Shown: one piece after another, positions 1 through 13,307 of the stretch
How positions within the stretch are numbered: the stretch's first letter is position 1
How the letters are laid out: every line of letters starts with the position of its first letter
Assembly: GCA_020184695.1 (NCBI GenBank)
Contig: JAANOX010000177.1
Coordinates: 1 to 64,000, forward strand
Reading direction: 5' to 3'
Length of the DNA stretch: 64,000 nt
Origin: Histomonas meleagridis 2922-C6/04-290x
Lineage: Eukaryota > Protista > Parabasalia
Notes under the pieces: generated by a model
Databases searched by the model: none
Told to the model about the DNA's origin: nothing
Seen by the model: the letters and a program-made list of their open reading frames with translations, nothing else
Made by a program: the position numbers and the translations under genes

Positions 1-979
1 ATGATTATTTGAACATAACCGTTTTGGGTAACGATATGGGCTAATTACGTGATTTTTGATCGTATTATCATTTAAATTTGAAGACAGCCGCTCGGGTAAC
101 GATATGGGCAACCATACGGACTAAATGAATAGAATCAAAATTTATAATCGTACCACCAAACAAATTATTTATAACACTCAACTTATTATACTAATCAATT
201 CCATCAAAACTAATGAAATATGACAGTCATACCAAAATTAGTATGTTTAATTCGATGATGGCACTAAAAAATTTGCAAATTTTATCATTATATTATTATA
301 AATTTTGGATTTGGCAACTCAAAAATTTAAAAGTCAACCCATAATTTCAAAATTACATCATTACTCGGATTCATATTAATCAAAATTAAAGAAATTAAAA
401 CATATTTCCCGATAGATATTAACAGATGTATCTGAAAGAAGTCGATCATTTTACACTCAAAAATTACATAAACTATTGAATTAGTAATAGAAAAAATTCG
501 AAATATTATAATATATAATATATTCAAACATAATAAAACAATGTTTTTAAATATTACATATCTGACGTTATATACTCATATAATATTTAAACTTTTTATT
601 GAAGAAATATTCGTCAAATACCATAAACGTTTTTTGACACACCGCATTTTTTGTTTACAGAAATCTCAAATGATTTTGGGATATTTTTTTCGTTCTGGGC
701 ATAAAAAATATCCCGAATTAGCAACATTACTCACAATTTTATATGAAAAATGAAAAAAGTTGTATTTATCCACCACCACTACATAGAACTTTTTGAATCC
801 ATATTTCTTCATTGATAAAAAGTTAATTTTTTCATTTGCTATTGATATTCATTCATGGTATTAATTATTTTCTCGATAGTTAACAAGAGTTTGTCAATAG
901 GAAAATTCATGATCAAAAAAATATTAATAAAAATGTATTCACTAAAACATGATGTTTATTTCGCAAAACATTAAAAAAT

Positions 980-1300
980 ATTATAATGTTACTATACGGA
1001 CAAGGTACTCTCTCAAGTATTTACGCGGAACTTTTAATTCTGTGTCTTCATGTGGACGAATAATAATTTTAATAATTTCATCAGAATGTCTATCAAAAAA
1101 ACTATCTAATTAGCCCCTCGTTAAACTAACACCAAATTTTACTTTTAAAAATCGAAGGACCTCAGAAAAAGTCATGTATTCATATGGATTTCTTTCTTCT
1201 GATAAAATTTCTTGATTAACAATTTTCTCGTCTTCTACATGTAAACTTAACGGTTGTTGAATTTCTTTTATGTTTTTGTTCGCTTTGCATATGATTTTTC
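980..1300 (-). pseudogene. pogo/Tc5-like (CENP-B HTH) transposase remnant
   Basis: ORF 1110-1412 ends ...MTFSEVLRFLKVKFGVSLTRG* and continues in frame past the stop as LDSFFDRHSDEIIKIIIRPHEDTELKVPRKYL. This matches the 'S.GW...F..RH' HTH-CENPB motif with W replaced by a stop. Confidence 0.6.
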
Positions 1301-1567
1301 GAACATTTCGATTCGTAATATTAATATTCACGTATATTTCGAATATCACGATTTTACAACGCCTAATTTGCATGTATATTACATTAAAGATACTAATGGA
1401 TCTTATGGGCAAAGTTAGAAAGAATTTTTATAAATTTAGAATTATTTGATATCAGATATGAGAATCGACAAAAAAACAAAAAATTCAATAATAACAATTA
1501 AGTTGTTGTCAGTATACTGTTTTTCCTATATTTTTAGTAAAAATTTGATCAAAATTGTATATTTATC

Positions 1568-2318
1568 TCAAATTGATTGATAGATTGACCATGCTTCGTT
1601 CAAAACATCAGAATTAAGGTGTTTCCATGCCCATATAAGTACCTGAACCGCATATTTCATTCCGATTTTTTTGCCCGGATTTTCATGAATAAATCTATGT
1701 GAATTATCTATGGCAACGTTCTCCAAACACCCAAAAACGCGATAATCGAGTGGTTGGTATTTATCTGTTGACCCAGTAGGTATAAAGAACATCTTTATGT
1801 TCAATGAATTTGCCAATTGCATGGACATAGTTGTCTTGTGAACTGGAAATTGGTCTTCTCCTGTACCGAGCTCGCCTACTACTTAGTTTATTGCGCTTTT
1901 TAAAATCAGTTACAAACTTAGGACTGAACTTCACATCGGGGATTTCATCATCATCCATGCGCTTCTCAAGAAATCCTTGAGATGCGAGGTTAACGAAGTC
2001 TTTGTTTTGAAACAAGAACCCTTGCGTTATAAAATTAAATCGGATGTAATCAGCAATTGATTCTTCATCAGCATCGGTAAATATCCGATGATGAATCCCG
2101 TGAACTGAGCTGTCGTAAGGTCGCCATTCTTTGTTCAGTTCCCACTTGTGGTACCACCCACAAATGCTGGATTCTGGAATATTGGATTGTTTGCTTAGAT
2201 GTGTTATTGTTCCTCTTGTTTTATTTGATAAGGAATCGATAACTATGTCACATATTTCCTTGTGTCTATCGTAATCTCGATGAGGTAATTTGGAAAAGAC
2301 GAGCTTTTGATTATTCAT
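1568..2318 (-). pseudogene. internally deleted pogo-like DDE_1 transposase
   Basis: The N-terminal HTH regions (IPESSICGW; FSPKFVTDFKKRNKLSSRRARYRRRP) join near 1835, out of frame, to the DDE_1 C-terminus (FFIPTGSTDKYQPLDYRVFG...AWSIY). The central catalytic core is missing. Confidence 0.75.
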
Positions 2319-2989
2319 CTACAAATGATACCGTTAACAATTTCTCAAACCGAAACGATGCAATCAAATTATAACGATCGAATTCGCGAATTGTAGGGAA
2401 CCTAGGGTATAATGGACAGATTGAATATGTCATAAAAAATGCTTTTTGAGATATTATCCAATATTTGAAGTTAAAGGAACAATCGTTTTTAGATCAACAC
2501 AAATTTTATAATAACTTCGAAAAAGTAGAAATTATTGAATAATTATTCAAAGTGTGACAACTTTTTCATTGAGAATATTTTAATACAAATTGCATTCTCA
2601 AAATGATGAGGGACCCATCTAGGTGCCCTGTTTTCCTAAGGTACAAAAAAGATCAATTTAGACATTACTATTGGGTATTTTATCAATTGCATACAATCAA
2701 TTGATTATTTTTATTTTAAAAAATAAAAAATATTGTGTTTTTAATAATTTTTGTTTTCATTTCGGAAATGAAAAAAAAAAATATAAAAAACACAAAACAG
2801 GGTCTCGAACTATTTACTTTTACATGTAAAAATATTTGATTAAAATGGAAATATTACAAATAAGCTACAAAGTTATTTTAATTATAAGTCTTGATGCTAA
2901 ATATAGTTATTCGATTTAAAGGGGTTTTCCCTGATTTAAAGGGGTTTTTCCCGCTCGTTATGACACCATCAATGGCAAAGATGGTCTAT

Positions 2990-3300
2990 CCATCTTTGTA
3001 TGATATCGATACTATTTATTATAAAAAATTTCGAAATTTATCTGAAATTGCATATTATAATGATTTAACTCATAACGCGCTAGGCGGCCTTTGAGGCAAT
3101 GTTCAGATAGATGATACATTGATCTTCAAGGCCAAATATAATAAGGGAAGAAATTTAAGTTTATCATAGATGTGGTTCTTTGGAAGAATAGGTTCTGTAA
3201 CAGGTCGAGTATTTATTGATTTAGTTGAGAAAAAAAATGCAAATACATTATTTCCGATTATTGAAAAATATGTAGAATTTAATACACATATACAAATATG
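2990..3300 (+). pseudogene. Merlin (IS1595/ISXO2-like) transposase remnant
   Basis: In-frame reading through two stops gives LGGL*GNVQIDDTLIFKAKYNKGRNLSLS*MWFFGRIGSVTGRVFIDLVEKKNANTLFPIIEKYV, matching the Merlin signature 'VEIDE...KYNRGR...WVFG...R.A.TL.PII'. Confidence 0.75.
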
Positions 3301-5145
3301 CCATTTTATGCTCATAAAAATTATATAGATATAAAATTTATAAACTTTGCAATCTGTTGATTGATTTTTGTTTGATGCGTATGCCCTAATTCAATCTTAT
3401 ATAATAGAATAGTATAATTTTTACTATGAATTTAATTATTCAGATGTAGAATTAACCAATGCTAAACTTTTATGAATCAACTAATTCATCCCTACGAAGG
3501 ATATTTAATGGGTAGTCGTTTCTGTTTGAATTAACTTTAGCAGTTCATATAATTTCTATCAAATATACCGACGACCGTTAAACGATAGTGCTTTTGAGCT
3601 AGCTGTTTATTGAATAAACGGTGTCATCTACTTTTTGAATACATTTACGCTGGGTTATTTAACTGATTAATTTATCGCGAAAAAAACGGTCTCGTAGAGC
3701 GTTTTATTAGTGGATATACGATTCATCGAATATTTATTATTCATATAAATTTATATAAAAAATATTTAAAAAAAATCAAAAAATATGGTACTGTCCTACA
3801 ATCGTGGGAAATTTGAATGAGTGATATACAAAAAGTGGAGACTTCATTCAATCGTGATGGAAAATAATTTACAATTTTCGCCATGTTTTTTGAACGCAAA
3901 TAAAATCCGGCATAGATGCTTAAACAGATATTATTAAATTAGAAACCAATTTATTGAAGATATGATGATCAATCATAAAAGGAAATATATACTTATATAG
4001 ATGTTTATTTATCCATTTTCAAATAAATCATTCTCGACATAGTTCGTACTGTTGAATGGTTTTCTATTCACTCGTTCTGGCTTAAATTTAACGTTAAATG
4101 TCTTTTGTAGAATAGGTTCTGTTTTCTAAACGGTCGTTTGGCACCGAATAAAATGAAATTATCTCGTTGTTGACATAATTTTAATTTTTAAAAAATATAT
4201 AGCAATAATTTATAATAACAATAAATAATATTCTTATATGTTTTATAGACAATAACTTCTATTTAAAGATTTGACAATACAAAATAAAACAAATATATTT
4301 TCATATAAAATTGGTTTACTCATGTGATGATAGGTGTTTTAAATATTTCATCATATATAATTTTTGATATTAAAAATAATCGAATTTTTATGAAAAAGTT
4401 ATTAACTTCCTAGTTATGTTTGAATTATCAAGATAAAATTTTGCATTTTTTTGATGGGACAATTTATTTGCCTATAGTTCATTGACCAGACAACTTTTTC
4501 AATGCGTAAATGGTCGATTTTGCTCGTTAGCCCCTATATAACCGCTTCTTTTAAAACATAAATATTTCATAAAATAATCTGTCTAAATTCTTTTTATTCA
4601 TGCAATCTTTCATTATATTGATGAGTGAATATAAATTTTAAATATCTAATGAATTTGCAGATATGAAATTTTCGATCTTTTGCAAAATTGTTGTATGAAT
4701 TATTTTCAATGCCTATTTGATTAATTAAATAGTTTATTCCATAACAACAATTTATCAGTAATAATTGCAAAACAATATTGCTGACAGTTAAAATAAACTT
4801 AAACCATCGACAAATGTATACACTATCTAAAATATTTATATGAATATTTTCATATGAAATTAATTATTTTACTTTGTGATATATTATCCGTCACTCAAAA
4901 TATAAAATATTTATTTAATTACATATAATTTCACTATCTCATGATGATGCTATATTTAATATAATATTATTTTCTGTAACTTTATCAACCTCAATAATGA
5001 TATCAAAATCAAATATATCATTCGTATTTGATCGGTAGTCTATATAGACACGAAAAGTTAAATTTTGTATCGTTTACTAAAGTTCTGGTTGCAAGTTTAG
5101 TACCAAAACACACAATATAAGTCATACCAATTATATACAAAATTT

Positions 5146-5579
5146 TTATTGAGGTTCACCATTAAATTGCAGTGCTTCTGTCCTCAGTCCACAAGTTCTA
5201 ATATTATGCTTAGAATCACCACGAAGAGAACAATGTCTTTTGGCGCTTACACCTTCAAATTGTTCCCTTATGTACTGTAGCTCATAATAAAATGACACAT
5301 TGTGCAATCTGTTGTTGGATGATCATGTAAACGAATTTCACATTTAATTTGCTTTGGTACAAATGACCTTCTCCCACCATTCATGCATTTTTTAGGTCTT
5401 CCTCTTACCAGCATTGTCTGTTATATCTTCGATTTCATATTCCTTTTGAACATCATATTCCTCCTGAGCATCATGAACACCTTGAATACAATATTCCTCT
5501 TCAGTACTATGAACATCATTTTCTTTATAAATTAATATAAGTTTATTTCTTTCATTTATGAAAATAGATAATATATTTC
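5146..5579 (-). pseudogene. C-terminal part of a Mutator (MULE) transposase, separated from its N-terminal part by a nested insertion
   Basis: Joins in frame to the 11656-11748 segment once 5580-11655 is removed (...AQNTRNI|LSIFINERNK...). Carries a degenerate Zn-knuckle, KRHCSLRGDSKHNIRTC. Confidence 0.65.
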
Positions 5580-6159
5580 GGTAGTGTGCTAACTGTGCCT
5601 CATTTGTACCCACTTTTTGGTGGTTATTGCCACAATTCTCCATCTTTTGAATGCGATGTAAAGGCAACCACCAAAAAGTCGATTTTTTTTTAAAATACCC
5701 AAAAAATAAAAGTTAAAAATTTTAATTTTTTTCACCAAACAGCAATAAATCAAGTAAATAAAGACATATATCTGCTATTAATTTCATTTAAATTCTAATT
5801 TTGATGAAAGTATTAAGCATCAGAAAAAAATTTTTTATTTTGAAAATTTATTCATATGTTTAAATTCTCCATATATGAAAACATTCTACAGCTGTCATAA
5901 CATATTTAAAATTTTATTTAATAAATTTGATTTTACATAGTTAAATTTGATGTCGTATTTCTGATTTTTTTCGTGAACTGACTTTTTGTATGATGTAAAA
6001 TATTTCATAGAAATATTTTGACTCAGAAAGTGACAGTACCAATATTTCGATAGAAAAACGTTTAAATGAGGGGTACAGACCAAGTATACATTCAAATTCG
6101 AGTAGGTGAAGAATGAAAAGTTCTGTCAATGCCTATTATTTGAGATTTTTTCGTCCAAT

Positions 6160-6729
6160 TTAACATTGCAGGAGAAGCAAAACCATAAATGGACTTCGAA
6201 TCCTCATTGTAAATAAAAAAAAATTTAAATCATCTTTTGTTTTACATGAATCAAACGAGATTTTGTTTCTAGGATTTAAATTAATCAATTGACGGACATA
6301 GCTTCTAACTGTTGATAAAGAAATCGAATTTTTTGTTGCATATGGGGAAGTTGTTGATTTGACCCAATCAAAAAGGGCATTATGAATTGGGTCAGCTTGG
6401 TGAGCACATTGAGCATCTCTGTAAAACTCCGCAATTTTTAACTGAATTTGAAGGTCTGTATGATATGGTGCTGATTGCATACTTGAACATGTAAATTTAT
6501 GATCTTAAACAAGGATGTATTTGATTATTCTATAATCAGTAGAAAGATCAATTTTCATTATTGCCGGACATGGGTTTCTGGAATTTCGACTCCCATGGAT
6601 ACATCTATAAGATATTTGTCGATGTTTCTTACTTCCATAAGAGTTAAAGGAATATGTGTAGATTTCAATATCAAGATGGGGAGGTGTCCATGGTTGCCTT
6701 TGAGAATCTCTTTTTAACAAATTTTGCAT
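6160..6729 (-). pseudogene. internal ORF of the TIR element with a possible WRKY-GCM1/FLYWCH-like Zn finger
   Basis: ORFs 6505-6729 and 6160-6480 are in frame across one stop and contain YRCIHGSRNSRNPCPAIMKIDL...HKFTC. The domain call is inference. Confidence 0.45.
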
Positions 6730-7951
6730 TTAAGTTTATATATTTCACAAACTTTGTTTGGTTCATTCATTGATATCATTCATATCGTCCAATGATAAAA
6801 ATCATAAAATAAAAAGAAAAAAAATGATATGAGAGATAAACCAAGCAAACGAAAAATATACAAATGAGTAACATGAGAAATAGAATGAAAATAAAATAAT
6901 CGAAATATATAAGAAATAAATGAGATATATAAGAAATAGAATCAAAATAACAAGAAAAAAATGAAAAAAAAAAATAAAAAAAGCAAACATAATAGAAACA
7001 AATGAGTAACATAAAAAATATTATCGAAATAACAAGAAACAAATCAGAAGAGATATTAACAAACGAAAAGAAAATAAATAAAACCAGAAGATATGAATGA
7101 GATCAATATGAAAAATTCAAAAATAAAAATAAATAGATGAAAAACATAAGAATGAAATCAAAACAAAAAGAAATGAATGAGAATCATATGAAATAAATCA
7201 AAATGAATGTAATTTCAAAATTCTATAAATAGAATGAGCAAAGTGTTATCACTTTTGACATATATAGATCTTTGAATAAATTTACACATTTGAATGAACC
7301 TACATCACTTTTTTTGATCGTTGGAAGTACTCTATAGACCGTATAGGCCCATTTATTCTCAAAAAAATGAAGCGTACTAACGAAATACCATTACCAGGGA
7401 TGACCAAAGTGGAACTACACCAGGCCCTATCAGAGAATTTCTCAGAAACAGATTCTCGAGCAATTTTACGAGAATTTTTCAAAAAAGATTTCGATAATTT
7501 ATTGGTTAACCAGGCAGTGAAAATCTACCGAATTATTAAAGATTTTGACACAATGGACATTACAATCAGTTCGTTAGCTAAATAATTAAATATTGACAGG
7601 GGTAATTTAAATCGAAAAATAAATTAAAAAGTACAAAATAACCCAGGTCGCCCATCTTATCAAACAGAAGACCAAGAACAAGAACTAGTTCTATATTTAC
7701 AATTAAGATGTGAAGTCCACAAACCCATGACACCTAAAGATATAGATGATCAAATTTCAAATAATTTCGACATCGATGCTAGTCCGTCATGGCACAATCA
7801 TTTTGTAAAACGACACAGTGATATGATTTGTATGACAACTGCATACCAACAGGAATCAGGACGAATTTATCTAATCAAACAAGATGGAGAAACTCACATC
7901 GATAATTAAAAAAGATATGTCGGAGGGGTTCCAACTGAATTAATTTTTAAT

Positions 7952-9785
7952 GGGGTGACTTAAAAAATACCCAAAACATACACACTTTTGGACGGTTATC
8001 GACTCAATTTCTGACTTTTTGAACTGTTGTATAATTACAACAAAAAAAAAATCAAAAATTTTAAAATTAAAAAATTCTCGAAAAAATATTATTATTTATT
8101 TTAAAATAATAATATTAAAAACATAATATATATATAAGTAGAAAATATATTTTATGGCATATAATGAAGAAAAAATAATTTTTGATAATATGCACGATAA
8201 AAGTAAAATTTAAAAATAAATATCATAATCAAATTCTCCATATGTTAAAAACATATGGTGGTATATTATTTTTATTAAAATATTCTATGTATATGATTTT
8301 ATTTTAAAAAATTTTTCTTTTTTTCATGATGCCATTTTTGAATGAGTATTCAAATTACTAGGAATTGTGAGAAAATATCACCTATTCAATTTTTTTTTGG
8401 ATACTTCCTATTTTTGTCAGGATAATTCTGATAAAATATAAAATGTCAGATTAACAAAAAAAAAAAAAATACTTGAATTTTGGAAGCAAATAATGATTTA
8501 ATTTTGATTTTATATTAATAACTTTTGTTTATTTGACACACTTTATATAATGTAATGTATAATATATAATATAATGTAATGTATAACATATAATGTAATG
8601 TATTTTAGACATTTTAATTTATTTTAGACATTTTAATGTATAATATATAATGTAATGTATAATGTATAATGTATAATGTATAATGTATAATGTATAATGT
8701 ATAATGTATAATGTATAATGTATAATGTATAATGTATAATGTATAATGTATAATGTATAATGTATAATGTATAATGTATAATGTATAATGTATAATGTAT
8801 AATGTATAATGTATAATGTATAATGTATAATGTATAATGTATAATGTATAATGTATAATGTATAATGTATAATGTATAATGTATAATGTATAATGTATAA
8901 TGTATAATGTATAATGTATAATGTATAATGTATAATGTATAATGTATAATGTATAATGTATAATGTATAATGTATAATGTATAATGTATAATGTATAATG
9001 TATAATGTATAATGTATAATGTATAATGTATAATGTATAATGTATAATGTATAATGTATAATGTATAATGTATAATGTATAATGTATAATGTATAATGTA
9101 TAATGTATAATGAATGATGAATGAATGGATAATGGATTATGTATGTTATACATTACATTATATTATATATTATACATTACATTATATAAAGTGTGTCAAA
9201 TAAACAAAAGTTATTAATATAAAATCAAAATTAAATCATTATTTGCTTCCAAAATTCAAGTATGTTAATCTGACATTTTATATTTTATCAGAATTATCCT
9301 GACAAAAATAGGAAGTATTCAAAAAAATTGAATAGGTGATATTTCCTCACAATTCCTAGTAATTTGAATACTCATTCAAAAATGGCATTTTTTTCATGAA
9401 AAAAGAAAAATTTTTTTAAATAAAATCATATACATAAAATATTTTAATAAAAATAATATACCACCATATGTTTTAACATATGGAGAATTTGATTATGATA
9501 TTCATTTTTTAAAATTTTTTACTTTTAATCTGCATTAATTACATCAAAAAAATTATTTTTTTCTTCATTATATGCCATAAAAATATATTTTTCTACTTAT
9601 ATATATATTATGTTTTTTTGATATTATTATTTTTAAAATAAATAATAATATTTTTTCGAGAATTTTTTAATTTTAAAATTTTTGATTTTTTTTTTGTTGT
9701 AATTATACAACAGTTCAAAAAGTCAGAAATTGAGTCGATAACCGTCCAAAAGTGTGTATGTTTTGGGTATAAAATTAGACTTGCC
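7952..9785. mobile_element. foldback/MITE-like element with ~640-bp TIRs and 9-bp TSD
   Basis: TSD ATTTTTAAT at 7943-7951 and 9786-9794. Both ends read GG-N13-ATACCCAAAACATACACAC. The inverted arms run inward to about 8590 and 9140. Removing it restores ...PTELIFN-IYEVGFQIWSD in the host pogo transposase. Confidence 0.88.
8654..9112. repeat. 7-bp tandem repeat (AATGTAT) x ~65
   Basis: Perfect 7-mer array forming the spacer of the foldback element. Confidence 0.97.
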
Positions 9786-11655
9786 ATTTTTAATATCTAT
9801 GAGGTGGGATTTCAAATATGGTCAGATAAAAAAAATAAAAGAGTAATTGCCTTTGTTACTCTTAAGAATTCTTGTAATTTAATATCCTGTTGAAAAATCA
9901 GAAAAATGAATTAGTATTATATGTGCAATTTCTATGGCAGGTGACACATTGACACCAATGTTTATCACCCACAGAAATACAATTTACAAAGAAATTCATG
10001 GTACTAGTATATGAGATGATGGGGATCTTATTCTTGAATATCAACCGAAATCTTATGTCAATGGCAGTTTATTTTCTAAATCCATTGATCAAGTTATACT
10101 GAGATGAGTTAGAGAAATCAGAAAAAATGAATTATAGAATGAGCCTGCAGTTATACTTTGTGACAATTGCACATCACACCTTGATGACAAGTTGCTTCAA
10201 AAGCTCGCAGCAGAAAATAATATTAGACTGATTACTATACCTCCACATTCATCACACATCTTTCAGCGGTTAGATCTTGTTACGTTCGGAGTCTTCAAAA
10301 AAGAGATGCTGAGAGTAACATCAAAATATAATAAAGGAACAATCTTAATTGGAACTATAGTTCGAAATACAGAGGCATTGAGGTCAATTAAAATAGCAAC
10401 GATTTCAGAGAACAATCGTTCAGCATTCGATATCGCCGGTTTTAATATTGATTCCCTCACAGACCCCGAACGAGCATTAATCAACGAAGAATTTCCGAGA
10501 GAAAAAATGGACAATTATGGGTTCATTGATAATTTTGATTATGAAAGTTCGAGGGAATTTGGATTCGTCAATAAAACCAAATTTAATTAATTTATTATTT
10601 TAACTTTTTTAACTCGAATAATCGAGCTTAAATGATAATTTTCATAATTTATATAGATAATACATTATTTCATATGAAAATAGAAAATAAGAAAATAATT
10701 TGATAATAAAAAAGATAAAATTATTTTGTTAAAAAAAGTATGAATATATATACAAAAAGTGATGTAGGTTCATTCAAATGTGTAGGTTTATTCAAAAATC
10801 TATACCTCTGAAAATTAAAATAATTTTTCTATATGGTTCAATTAATTTTAAATTAATATTTCAATAGAAAAGAAGAAGAAATGCAAATAATAACTTGTCA
10901 TATCTATTAATCGGTTTCAACAACAATGTGTTACTACTATCATTGTTGTAATGATATCGAAAATGCATTCTACCTGCACTATCAAATCACGCACATTTAT
11001 GATATTCTATTTTCGAACTATCATTTAATTTTCGCACAATAATATTTAATTTTTGAACAAACTGTAGTTGTTCTTTCTACTGAACTATGAATTTCTTTAA
11101 ATGCTGTTACCATTGATGTAAACTATACAGACGTCAAACAATATTTATATTTTGACGCATCCTCGAATTTGAATGTATACTTGGTCTGTACCCCTCATTT
11201 AAACGTTTTTCTATCGAAATATTGGTACTGTCACTTTCTGAGTCAAAATATTTCATAGAAATATTTTACATCATACAAAAAGTCAGTTCACGAAAAAAAT
11301 CAGAAATACGACATCAAATTTAACTATGTAAAATCAAATTTATTAAATAAAATTTTAAATATGTTATGACAGCTGTAGAATGTTTTCATATATGGAGAAT
11401 TTAAACATATGAATAAATTTTCAAAATAAAAAATTTTCTGATGCTTTAATACTTTCATCAAAAATTAGAATTTAAATGAAATTAATAGCAGATATATGTC
11501 TTTATTTACTTGAAATTTTTAACTTTTATTTTTTGGGTATTTTAAAAAAAAATCGACTTTTTGGTGGTTGCCTTTACATCGCATTCAAAAGATGGAGAAT
11601 TGTGGCAATAACCACCAAAAAGTGGGTACAAATGAGGCACAGTTAGCATACTTCC

Positions 11656-13307
11656 TATATTTCTCGTGTTTTGAGCTGATTTTGCTGCAATAGATATTAA
11701 TTGTTTGCTTCCGGAAAACATTTTTTGATATCTCTCGTTCTCTGTCATTATATATATTTCATCAAAATTATCTTCGTCATTCTCTTCTTCTTCAATATCA
11801 TTTGGTATTTGAATACTTTCTGTTTGAATAATGCTTTCTTGATTAATTTCATTTTCATAAACCCATCTCTGATTAATTAAAAAATCTGAAAAACATTTAT
11901 TTGAATGAAATGTGATTTAAGTAAATGAGAACAAGGATAACCTGCTAATATTTGTTAATTGCATGAACATTTATTAAAATTCAATATATATGTTATTATA
12001 AAATTTTCATATTTCGCAATAAAAGGAAATTCAGTTTTTGTGCTTTCATAGAAATTTTCTTCCATCATATTACATGATTACTTAATTCAATTTGTTTTTG
12101 AATACATTTTGTAACTTTTTTGCATGAATGCATAAAAATTGGACTACATTGTAGAGATCTACGAATATTAATTGCTGAAATTTAAACACAATCATTGTGA
12201 TTATTTAAAACTTCTAAAAAATGTATTTTTAATTCAAGTGAAGTATGTTTTCTACCAATTAATGATCTCTTTAACATTCTATTCATAGATTCAGCTGGAC
12301 TTGTAGTATTATATCCAGCAGTTGAGTGTTCACCTATGAATGATTTCGAAAAATTATAAATTATAAACTATATTTCATTATCAATATATTTTGATATGAT
12401 TTTTTTCAAATTAATAAGCGCTTCGTTTGCAAGGCCTTTGTTTAATGAAAGTGTTAAATATTCATATAAACTAATAGCTTTATTTCTTCCTTTTTGACTT
12501 AATGAACATTTTGTAAGATGTTGTATGAAGGTTGTCTTTTTATGAAGTGCGCATAAAATATGTATTAAATTAATATGTTCTTGTGACTCTGTATTAATTT
12601 GTGTAATAAAATTATCAAATGGAATGATAAATGCTTGATCTTCATCCGTAATATATGTATGATACTTTTGACTTGCTTTTTCCTTTTTCCTTAAGCATTC
12701 TAACATTCACTGTAATATGTCTTGAGTACTGATTGCTGTAATTAGAATTTCACAACTACAAATTGTCATCTTTTTGATAATACCTGTAATTGGTATAACT
12801 TTCCAGTTTAAATAATTGTTTACTTGTGTTCCATCTATAAATAACACATATCCATAATTGATCAAATTATCAATTTCATCATCAATATAAGTTAAAATAG
12901 CTATCCTTTTAACTTTCTTTCCTAATGTTATCACATTGACAAAATATGCTCGATTCTTTTCTTTTACATAATTGATTAAATTTTTCGATTGAATTTCGAA
13001 TTCATTAAGGTTTTTTCGATATGCAAGAATTGAAATCTGTGATGTTGTTAGTGTTGCAATTCCTTGTTGTTCTATATAATTTTTTATTCGATGAAAAGTT
13101 ATTCCTGCATTAGATTATCTGTTCTTTTTGTTTTATTTTGACTTCTTCCACCTTTTGAACAATGAAAAAAACCATATTTTGAAGATAAAGATTGTCTACT
13201 ACTGATTTTGAATCCTTCTTGAGTGCTTCTATTTGTAAATGCTCATATAATTCATTGTTGTTTTTAAATCTAAGCTGTGATAAATTATTGGAAGTAAAGA
13301 ATGTCAT
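11656..13307 (-). pseudogene. Mutator (MULE) transposase, frameshifted
   Basis: Fragments carry VLFIDGT (D1), YITDEDQAF (D2), HILCALHK (CxxH) and GYNTTSPAESMNRMLK (E, ~12260-12320), the MULE DDE signature. Several stops and frameshifts. Confidence 0.85.

Larger units (their letters stand above)
7265..10802 (+). mobile_element. pogo-like DDE_1 element (dead), ~50-bp TIRs, TA TSD
   Basis: TIRs at 7265-7315 and ~10754-10802, flanked by TA at 7263-7264 and 10803-10804. Transposase fragments: HTH 7367-7950; FNIYEVGF (first catalytic D mutated to Y) at ~9790; VILCDNCTSH and IPPHSSHIFQRLD at 10150-10290. Several stops. Confidence 0.85.
5580..11655. mobile_element. non-autonomous TIR element (Mutator-like) with ~500-bp TIRs and 8-bp TSD
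   Basis: Inverted repeats 5580-6102 and 11162-11655 (ends GGTAGTGTGCTAAC / GTTAGCATACTTCC). TSD TATATTTC at 5572-5579 and 11656-11663. Confidence 0.85.

Noticed and set aside
6776-7042. Hydrophobic F/I/L-rich ORFs resembling membrane proteins
   Set aside because: They are the reverse strand of an A-rich low-complexity tract inside a transposon.
8614-9153. 179-aa ORF of IIHYTLY repeats
   Set aside because: Artefact of translating the 7-bp satellite inside a foldback element.
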